DNA of 63,822 bases, filler included, from Octopus bimaculoides (Eukaryota): the NCBI RefSeq assembly GCF_001194135.2. It is 5 parts of 5 records of this genome, joined end to end, with 100 filler letters (N's around TTAATTAATTAA, not from the genome) between each part and the next. Parts side by side here need not be neighbours in the genome. Positions count along the whole stretch, not along the records: positions 38,484 to 61,418 come from NC_068981.1; positions 61,519 to 62,572 come from NW_026425979.1; positions 62,673 to 63,822 come from NW_026329178.1; 2 more parts are not named here. The stretch is one strand, 5' to 3'. Shown piece by piece: positions 54,396-63,822 of the stretch; within the stretch, counting starts at the first letter, position 1; each line of letters begins with the position of its first letter. Below the pieces are notes generated by a model. That model had not been told where the DNA came from, did not search any database, and saw only the letters and a list, made by a program, of their open reading frames with translations. A program made the translations under genes and the position numbers.

Positions 54396-57298
54396 CAGGC
54401 GTCGACAACCTACAGCACGTGTGCCATGTGTGGCACGCGGACTAATTAGCAATGGCACGCACGCCTCTTTGCAAAAAAATAAACGTAAATTTTTGTTTAT
54501 AACTATATTGCAGGAAACGATACCATAATTATTAAATTGCATGTCTTGTTTTATGATCCATCTATTCTAAGCTAAACTATCTGAAGTTAACTGTACTTGG
54601 TAGTATTACATTTCCTTAAAAATATAGTACTACTGAACACAAATAATTTTGGCGATACCAAATTATAAATGTTAGTACAATTAACTTGTGGTTCGTAAGT
54701 TGGCGCTGAAAGCATTTATATGTAATTTATTACTTAAGCCAGGAGCTAGAGCTGCAAACGCTTATTTTTTTGAAATCAGTTGTATATTTAGCAGTGCAGA
54801 TCACAATATGTTAAAATTAGTTAACCACCTTACAGCGGCCAGTCTAAATAAAGACACTCTTAAAATTGAGATCGTACTTTGCGGTTCATCTATAAGTAGA
54901 CTCTTTAAAACTTATTATCTCATTCTGAGACCAGTTTTATATCAAATAGAAAGAAAAAATGGTAGTGAAAAGGGTTTTCAAAGGCAAACAAACATGAAAA
55001 GTCAAAAATTATACTTATTTTCTTTGGTTTCAATTGCTCCTTTGTGAGTCAATGTGTCTGATTTTTTTGAGTGTCTTTCTTTTTTTCTGTTTATTCTTAC
55101 CATATATTTTAATCTAATTATTTTTATTATTACGAAAATTTATTCATTAAATTTATATCATATTTAGTTTTTTATATTTTTTTTACTATTTATTTTCTTC
55201 TAATTATTTTTATTTGGTTAATTTTTATTTGTATAATCTGCTTAAAGGGTTTATACACCTGTTAATATTAATTATCAATGTATAGTGCCCTAAGATAAAT
55301 AACAGAAGACAAAAGCTTGACGTTCGTTCACTTCAAGATTTCTGGAGAACTGAGTATAGATTTGTACAACAAAATGACCGTGCTGTGTGTGCATTCTGCT
55401 GTGTACAAAGACACTATCAAACTAGACTCCAGACTACATTTAAAAACTCTGATGGGAAAAGTGAAGCCATAAAAAGGGCTATTTCTAGTTACAAAAATGC
55501 ACTTCTGCTTTTGTTCAAATGTTTGGAACCAAAAGTAAAGCCAACGAATATAGTTACACAATTGCTCAATGTATAGCTGAGAAAGGTAAACCTGTTACAG
55601 ATGGAGAATTTATCAAAAAGCTTTTCAGAGAAGTGCTAACATTCTGTTCCCTGATTTACCAAATGCTGAAACAATACTGCCTCGAATTCGAGAAATACCA
55701 GCTCTGCAAGATCAACCGAGAGACGTATAACTGACATAGCTGAAAGCATAATAATAAAACAAAAAGTTGGATTAGAAAAGCTGCTGCATTCAGTGTCTCT
55801 ATTGTTGAAAGTACTGATGTGTATGGCAAGACGCACATAGCAATTGTTGCAAGATACAGTAACAATGATCGTTTTTACGAAGAATTATGTTGTTCGATTC
55901 ATATTACCAGTACAACTACAGGACATTCTGACTGTATTTGTAAATTATTTCGAAAATCAAGCCATTCATATGCCTAAAATATTTTGTATTACTAATGATG
56001 GTGCACGTGCAATGGTTGGAAATGAAAAAGGATTTGTTAAGCTTCTTGAAAATCATATTGGACACAATGTAATGAATTTTAATTGCATCATAAAATTGAG
56101 TTGCAAAATATTCGTCACAAAGCTTGAGTTCTGTCATGGAGACTATTGTTAAAATAGTTAACTTCATAGTTTCTCGCTCTTCAATGACTAACAGACAATT
56201 TAAGTCTCTTCTGCAAGTATCGGAGAGCGAATATACAGACCTCCTACTACACAGTAATGTCCGTTGGCTTAGTCGGGTTAATGTTTTGAACAGATTTGTA
56301 TCATTATTGGAAGAAATCAAAATATTTGTTGAAGAGAAACATTTCCCAGAATTGAACAATGAAGACTGGTTATTTAAATTGATGTTTCTAATTGACATGA
56401 GCAAACACTTGAATGATTTAAATTAGCATTTACAAAGGAGAGATCAAACAGTACTTGATATTTTTGAACACTGAAAAGGATTTTTCTTAAAATTAGATAT
56501 CTTTTTGCGTGATATACTTAGCAACACTTACAAATGCTTTCCAAATGTAAAAGCTTGTTCAAATCGATTTAATGTTAATAAAAATGAACTTCAAAAATAT
56601 ATTGCAACGTTGAAAGAAAAATTTTCCAAGCGAGGTAAANNNNNNNNNNNNNNNNNNNNNNNNNNNNNNNNNNNNNNNNNNNNNNNNNNNNNNNNNNNNN
56701 NNNNNNNNNNNNNNNNNNNNNTTAAATTAACAACTTCAGAATATTGAAAAACAAAATTTGTGGAATTACGAAAAACTCTTGAAAGAAGCTGTTTGGAGAA
56801 GTCAGTTGCCATCTTCAATTGCTGGATGTCGTTGCCTGAAAGATTCAATTTTTTGAAGTAAATCTCATATGCTCAGCCTTCAGCCTTTGGCTCAACATAC
56901 ACATGCGACCAAATTTTTTCACATATGAAATCCAAGTCCACAAAGAAGTTGTCTGACAATTCAACATTCGGAAGCTTGCGTAAAACTAAGTCACAAATTG
57001 AGAAATTAATCAAAAATCTACAGGGACAAGGTTCTCATTAATTTATAGAAATTTAATGTAACTGTTGTTTATAACTTGTTTATAATTTTGTGCTGTTGTT
57101 TGTAATTTTAACATTTTTTTAAAATTAATTTTTTTAAATAAAATTTTATTTATTTCCATTAAACTATTAAAGGATTAATAAAATAGATTTCTGATATAAC
57201 GAGTACAAAAGCATAAACTCTATTATTAAAAGTAGTAATATGAGGTTGGAACGCGCAATGCTTTTGTCACTCCATTGTCAAAAGTTTGCCAACGCCCA
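54396..57298 (+). mobile_element. Near full-length degenerate hAT transposon (Charlie/Buster, GTF2IRD2/ZBED8-like transposase)
   Basis: 16-bp termini CAGGCGTCGACAACCT and AGTTTGCCAACGCCCA (11/16 match). Transposase relic at about 55330-56960: AEKGKPVTDGEFIKK, ESTDV, TNDGARAMVG, LLHSNVRWLSR, HLNDLN, FGSTYTCDQIFSHMKS. Confidence 0.88.
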
Positions 57299-57299
57299 A

Positions 57300-57440
57300 G
57301 TAGGTCGACACCATCGATCTCTCGCTCTACGGTGAAGGGTAAAGCTGACCTTGGTAGGATTCGAACTCAGAAAGTAAGAAGACGGAACAAGTGCCATAAG
57401 GCATTTTTTTTCCGAGGCTCTTACAATTCTACCAGCTAGC
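57300..57440 (-). mobile_element. Diverged SINE family A fragment
   Basis: TTCGAACTCAGAA B-box region and TCTACCAGCTAGCC head. Confidence 0.55.
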
Positions 57441-58140
57441 CAACTACTTTGTTTATTTAAGCATTAAGTCTAAGTGTGTCTTTATACTGATTAAGAGTGA
57501 AATAAGACTAGGTACACATGTAAAAGATATCTTACATTTCAAAATTCATTAATTATTTCTAATTTCTCTTCAGTTAAATATTTGCACACTCTGGCTGAGG
57601 CAAAGCCTAGGCACCCAATCCCAGATATTAACATAATTCCTTCACTTCCTCTTGTTTTATTAATAGATTTTGCAGTCGTATAATTCTTCTTTCTTTACCA
57701 TTGTGCGAGCTTAGAAGAAAAAGCTTAAAAATAATGTAAGTTTATTAATCATAGCAATTTGTCCGCCCTCACATTATCACCAGGATAGCCTAACATCGCT
57801 CAGAAATACTAACCTGATGCACACGTGTCCTCGTAGATGTTGCTAAAAATTTAACTTTTTCTGATAAAACAAAATGTTTTGACCAATAAAACCAACGGAA
57901 TTCCTGCACTTGATTTCAACAGATAACATCCGGAACCACTAAAGTACTTTATGTTATATACATATTCATTTGGTTTCTCTACCCCACCCGAGGCCAAAAC
58001 AAAAATGAAAACTCAATTCTCTTACTTTTGTTCAATTAAAAAAATCATGAATCTGAAATCTTTCGTTAGATAATTGCGTTTTTCACTTCTAACGCTTTAT
58101 AGCCGATCAAAAAAGTCTTATACCAAATAGGTTTAATAAT

Positions 58141-58460
58141 TGCACTCCGTTGCTTACGACGACGAGGGCTCCAGTTAATCCAATCAACGGAACAGCCTGC
58201 TCGTGAAATTAACGTGTAAGTGGCTGAGCGATTCACGGACACGTATACCCTTAACATAGTTCTCAGGAAGATTCATCGTGACACAGTCTGTGACAAAACG
58301 GGCCTTTGAAATACAGGTACTACTCATTTTTGCCAACTGAGTGGACTGGAGCAACGTGAAATACAGAGTCTTGCTCAAGGATACAACGCGTTGCCGGGAA
58401 TTGAACTCACGACCTTACGATCGTTAGACGAATACCCTAACCACTATGCCACGCGCCTTC
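58141..58460 (-). mobile_element. tRNA-derived SINE, family C, near full length
   Basis: A box TGGCATAGTGGTT, B box GAGTTCAATTCC, central CACGTTGCTCCAGTCCACTCAG domain. Confidence 0.85.
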
Positions 58461-58802
58461 ACTGTACCGAATATATACAGTGGTGACATTTCCGGTAGTT
58501 CCTGAAGATTATTTACACCCTCAAATCCCCAATATATCTATTCGGCTATTCACGATCTCTTTTTCTCTATATATCAACCTTTCCCTTTTAGTACATTTGT
58601 TAGTTGATGCGCGCGCGTGCGTGTATATGCATGTTTGTGAGTGTATGTGTGTTTGTGTGTGTGTGTTTGACTTTAATATAGACAACTACTCCAATATATA
58701 GGCATCAATTCGCATATTTATATCTATCAGTGAATCGAGGAGTGATCAGAATAATTCATATCGACATAGTTTCGAATTTAGATCCTACTGCGTTTAATTT
58801 AA

Positions 58803-59000
58803 ATGCACGTTGCTCCAGTTAACTCAGCTGTAGAAATGAGTTGTGACACCTCTGGTGCCAAACTGTATCGGCCATTGCCTTTCCCTTGGATAACATCAGT
58901 GGTGTGGAGAGGGAGGCTAGTATGCATGGGCGACTGCTGGCCTTCCATAAACAACCTTGTCCGGACTTGTGCCTCGGGAGGTAGCTTTCCGAAGGGGGTC
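58803..59000 (+). mobile_element. SINE-like fragment sharing the family C central domain but with a different 3' part
   Basis: CACGTTGCTCCAGTTAACTCAGCTG...AAATGAGT followed by an unrelated GC-rich tail. Confidence 0.6.
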
Positions 59001-59296
59001 TCCTTCTAGTGATGTTTCGAATTTACATCCTACTGCGAAGGGATCTAGGGCAATTGTTTCTACCATATATTCTGGCAGACCCAAGTATTCTGTTAAAACC
59101 TGTCACGTGGGCTGCAAATGTTATTTGAATTTCCCGTCTTAAAAAACTCAGAACTTTCGGAAAGACACACGCATCTCCACAGCCACTTATACTTGGGGGT
59201 CTCTTTAACCGAACAAATCCAAGTATTATTGATCAGTTCCAACGGGGAATCGATATATGTATGAAATCATGTATATTCAATATTTATGTATATTTA

Positions 59297-59539
59297 CAGT
59301 CTTGGACAAAAGTTTGGAACATAGGTCTGAAAATTAAAATTTTTATATTAAATGCTCAAAGTTATATTTAATTTGCAATATATTATTATTTGGCCAAAAG
59401 TTTGGAATATAGGTCTGAAAATTAGAATTTTTATATTAAATTCCAAAATATATGCATTGTCTATATTTGAATTGAATTGTACTTGGGCATAACCACATTT
59501 TAATTTTAAAAAAATATTCCAAACTTTTGGCCACTGCTG
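59297..59539. mobile_element. Tc1-type MITE (243 bp) with internal duplication of the left end
   Basis: TA on both sides, 23-bp TIRs (19/23) starting CAG, and about 50 nt repeated at 59303 and 59391. Confidence 0.8.
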
Positions 59540-59879
59540 TATATCTCGAGCCGAAATAAAATCATCAAATTTACAGCAGAAAAGGTAGTATCTCATAGAG
59601 ATGAATTATTCAGATTATTCAGACTGTGCTCAACGTTATACCCAGGAGGACCCAGGAATCTACCGACAAATAGTAAATGCAGCAACGAGCTGCAACGACG
59701 CATGCCTCCACATGTAGCCTATGTGTATATATAAGTATGTATGTATGTATGTATGTGTATGTATGTAGGTTTGGTAGGTAGGTAGGTATAAATGTTATTT
59801 TTACTCTTTTACTGTTTCAGTGGTTTCAGCCGTAGGACTGGTCATCTGGAGTACTGGCTTTCGTGTGTGTATGTGTCGC

Positions 59880-59990
59880 AGAGCGACATGAAATGAAATG
59901 CTTAGCACAAGAACACAACACAACGCCAGGTCTGGGAATCGAACCCACAATCTCGCAATCGGGAATGCAATACCCTAACCACTAAGCCAT
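59880..59990 (-). mobile_element. tRNA-derived SINE head (family C-like)
   Basis: GGCTTAGTGGTTAGGGTATTG...GGGTTCGATTCCCAG. Confidence 0.7.
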
Positions 59991-60829
59991 ATATATATAT
60001 ACATATATATANNNNNNNNNNNNNNNNNNNNNNNNNNNNNNNNNNNNNNNNNNNNNNNNNNNNNNNNNNNNNNNNNNNNNNNNNNNNNNNNNNNNNNNNN
60101 NNNNNNNNNNNNNNNNNNNNNNNNNNNNNNNNNNNNNNNNNNNNNNNNNNNNNNNNNNNNNNNNNNNNNNNNNNNNNNNNNNNNNNNNNNNNNNNNNNNN
60201 NNNNNNNNNNNNNNNNNNNNNNNNNNNNNNNNNNNNNNNNNNNNNNNNNNNNNNNNNNNNNNNNNNNNNNNNNNNNNNNNNNNNNNNNNNNNNNNNNNNN
60301 NNNNNNNNNNNNNNNNNNNNNNNNNNNNNNNNNNNNNNNNNNNNNNNNNNNNNNNNNNNNNNNNNNNNNNNNNNNNNNNNNNNNNNNNNNNNNNNNNNNN
60401 NNNNNNNNNNNNNNNNNNNNNNNNNNNNNNNNNNNNNNNNNNNNNNNNNNNNNNNNNNNNNNNNNNNNNNNNNNNNNNNNNNNNNNNNNNNNNNNNNNNN
60501 NNNNNNNNNNNNNNNNNNNNNNNNNNNNNNNNNNNNNNNNNNNNNNNNNNNNNNNNNNNNNNNNNNNNNNNNNNNNNNNNNNNNNNNNNNNNNNNNNNNN
60601 NNNNNNNNNNNNNNNNNNNNNNNNNNNNNNNNNNNNNNNNNNNNNNNNNNNNNNNNNNNNNNNNNNNNNNNNNNNNNNNNNNNNNNNNNNNNNNNNNNNN
60701 NNNNNNNNNNNNNNNNNNNNNNNNNNNNNNNNNNNNNNNNNNNNNNNNNNNNNNNNNNNNNNNNNNNNNNNNNNNNNNNNNNNNNNNNNNNNNNCCCAAG
60801 CTCGCACGTACTTCTTTGCCCCTCCTGTT

Positions 60830-61200
60830 CGTGCTTCACAGCGTTCAATACATACACACTTCACGTCAGGCTGTACAGCTTTTTTGCTTGTTTGTTTATT
60901 CACCGTTTCGTTTTCCTGTCTTGTTTTCTGTCCGCCACTACCCTCCACGAAAACAATTTAATTTGTGTTCGTGGGAAGAACCATTTCAACGATGCGTACT
61001 GCCTGAATTCTTCGAAACAACGGTGTTTTAATGGTGGCAGCTGATGAAGGAGATGTTTCTATGTGGCTTGCTTGTTTGTTGTACTTTGTTTATCATTTTG
61101 TCCATGTTCTTTTGCCACGTCATGTACCCAGTTTTTGTATCTATATGTACATGTAGATGAAGGTGTGTAGATACATGTACCTATATATGCATATACTCAT
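60830..61200 (+). mobile_element. Diverged copy of repeat family P, opposite orientation to 62673-63060
   Basis: ACCCTCC...AATTT...GGGAAG...CGAAAC...CTGATGAAGG...ATGT order matches the reverse complement of 62760-63030. Confidence 0.55.
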
Positions 61201-62672
61201 ATATTGTTTATATATATATATATGGCTAAACGCTTCACACTTCTGTGTATGTATGTGCAAGTGCGTGCCTACATTCGTGTATAAACAGATATTTGTCATA
61301 TACATCGCTAATCTCGGCATAAAATTACATGAATTTTGTGTTTGCATCCTTGTGTCATACTCTCCTTGTAACTGTACATCTGTATGTTTGAATATGTTTG
61401 TATATATATATATATGTANNNNNNNNNNNNNNNNNNNNNNNNNNNNNNNNNNNNNNNNNNNNTTAATTAATTAANNNNNNNNNNNNNNNNNNNNNNNNNN
61501 NNNNNNNNNNNNNNNNNNCATGTTTATTTATGTCATGTAATGTACAAAAGTGGCAAAGGGAGGTAAGTCTGTCATGTTGGACTGTTTCATTCATTCATTG
61601 GTTTATTATAACTGACGTTGTTAAGTGGGGTGCGTCGGCAGACATGTTCGAGTGCTGGTCAATAGTATCTCCCCTGATATTAGTTCCGGCTCCGAACATG
61701 CTTGGCGCAGATACATACGAGATCATGCCTGTCAACACCGCGCTCTGATATCGATTAACTTTGTTCCTTGATCTTATTAAGACTGGCAGAATTCCTAGAG
61801 CGTCGAACAGAATTCATTTTTATATTTGTTTCAGCTCTTTTACGTTCTGGGTTCAAATCCCGTTGAAATCATCATTCAAAAAATAAACAATCAGTTAAGT
61901 GGCGGTGGGGAGGATGCAAAATTAGTAACCGGGGTAAAATGATTTCCCGTTTTCTCCCTACCTCTTTGAAATCATTACATTGCAAGTATTGCATCGTTCC
62001 TTTTGTATTGCCACATCATTAGGAGTAAAAATTGGTCAGCATGGTTGTTGTTGAAGTTGGGAGAGTTTGGAACAGCCAGGTGACAGGTACTTGTTTTTTC
62101 AAGAAATTTTTCTTCAGCTTTGACACTATTGTAATTGAGGTTGCTAATAAAATATCTGGATTTTTTGGTGTTTAACAATCAATAATTTTTCTCTGCCAAG
62201 CCAATTTCCCCCCACACACACATTAATGTCTAATTTGATCATTTTCAATTTGGGTTATATGGGGATGCTTAAAGCAGAATTCCACCTTCAAAAAAAGTCT
62301 GATATGGGGCAAAATGAGTAATGATTAATTTTAATTATTTTCCTTTTTACTGCATAGTGCGTGAATGTATAGAGAAGAGTGCCACCCGAGCAGATCATGA
62401 AGAAGCTATTGAGAATATTTTATGTCGAGTTTCGTTAATTTCCATCATGGACACATTTTCTATGGTCCTCTTTCATTTGACCTAGATATTTCAAAAATTT
62501 GTTTACATTTCTTATCTTTCTGATGTCTAGGGATGGATATTGATGTCTACGAGTCTGTTTTCAAATGTAATTNNNNNNNNNNNNNNNNNNNNNNNNNNNN
62601 NNNNNNNNNNNNNNNNTTAATTAATTAANNNNNNNNNNNNNNNNNNNNNNNNNNNNNNNNNNNNNNNNNNNN

Positions 62673-63060
62673 CATACATATATGTACATACCTACATCTA
62701 TATGTATATATACATGCATATATGGGTACAGGACATAAAAAAAAAACGTTGAACACAATGAGAAACGAAAACATAAAAACAAAACAGAAAAACGAACTTT
62801 TCTGCGAACAACGAAAAAAACAAATAGAGAAACGAGACATGCAACATAAAGAGTATACCCCTTCGTCAGTTGTCCGTTTCATCTAATCCGCGTTTCGAAG
62901 GCAGGGACAATACGCGACTTCGTTGGAACAGTCCTTCCCGCAAAGCAAATTAAATAAAATTTGCGATTTTCTGCGGAGGGAGAAAGTGTTAACAAGAACA
63001 AGACAGTAAAAACAAATGGTGAGGGCTGTTGAGCCAAGACGATAGAAAAATGATTATGAA
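62673..63060 (-). mobile_element. Repeat family P (Penelope-like), longest copy
   Basis: Matches 30770-30970 directly and 60830-61200 in inverted orientation. Confidence 0.65.
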
Positions 63061-63822
63061 CGCTAGGTAGACGAGCCATGAGAGAAAAGAGACAAAAAAA
63101 ACACGTCTTCTCTATAGGAAGGCAGTGGACAGAAACAGAGATCCCCTTTCGTCACGTGTCAGCGACGAGAGGGGATCTCTGTAAATGCACAAAAACCATT
63201 TTAAGGGCTACATACTTTGTATTGCTACTATTTCATTAGCGAAACAATTATGAGAATGGAACCAAGTGATAAGCCCCGCTTTTCCAGGAATTACCGGGTG
63301 AATCAGCTAGTTTTTTCATATGTGCGTGTGTGTACGTGTATCTGTGTGCGTGAGGGGGGGGGGCATTGTTATATAAAATACTTTAACGTTGCAGCGTAAA
63401 ACTCATTAAACGTGTCTGTGCATATTTGTATAACCTGTGCGTCTGTATATATATATATACACACACACGCACACACACACACACATAAATATTACCTACT
63501 TGTATTTATCTCAAACAGTCACCGCCAGATAACCTTATGCATTGCCCTTTCTCTACCGCTAATCTCACACATACACACAAACACATGCTTGTATTTCACA
63601 CGCAGTTTATTCACAGACTAACCTGTACAGTCTGAATTGCCCTGGCTCGGTAAACAACAGGAGTATATTAAAGCTACCTAGAGATAAGAACAAACACGAG
63701 TACCTAGAATAACAGAAAATCAAAAAGATGTCTAAAATCGTTAAGGAAATGTCTAGCTTGTGAGGACGGGGTGGGGGGGGCGAGCTTTTTGATTATCAAA
63801 CAATCAGAGTATTTTAGGCGCT

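Noticed and set aside
58380-58460. tRNA-like sequences with A and B boxes
   Set aside because: SINE heads continuing into repeat bodies; no complete cloverleaf supported.
61640-61703. p53-type half sites (RRRCATGYYY)
   Set aside because: Half sites are 44 nt apart, not a canonical element, and common by chance.

Overview
AT-rich eukaryotic scaffold segment with about 6 kb of N gaps and a very high density of microsatellites ((CA)n, (TA)n, (TAA)n, (ATCT)n, (GAT)n). No intact host protein-coding gene could be supported. The microsatellite load and tRNA-derived SINE families suggest a cephalopod (Octopus-like) intergenic or intronic region; this is inference. Recognisable content is almost entirely decayed mobile DNA: several R4/Dong-like RLE non-LTR retrotransposon fragments that abut (TAA)n tracts, an L1/Tx1-like ORF1 broken by a single stop, an RTE-type RT relic, a near full-length Charlie/Buster-type hAT, Tc1/mariner fragments and MITEs, a piggyBac-type MITE, at least three SINE families, and Penelope-like repeats. 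The most notable items are a minimal type I hammerhead-ribozyme motif at 23283-23330 with degenerate relatives elsewhere, the apparent (TAA)n targeting of the RLE retroposons, and several long hairpins. All alignments and folds were done by eye and need computational confirmation.
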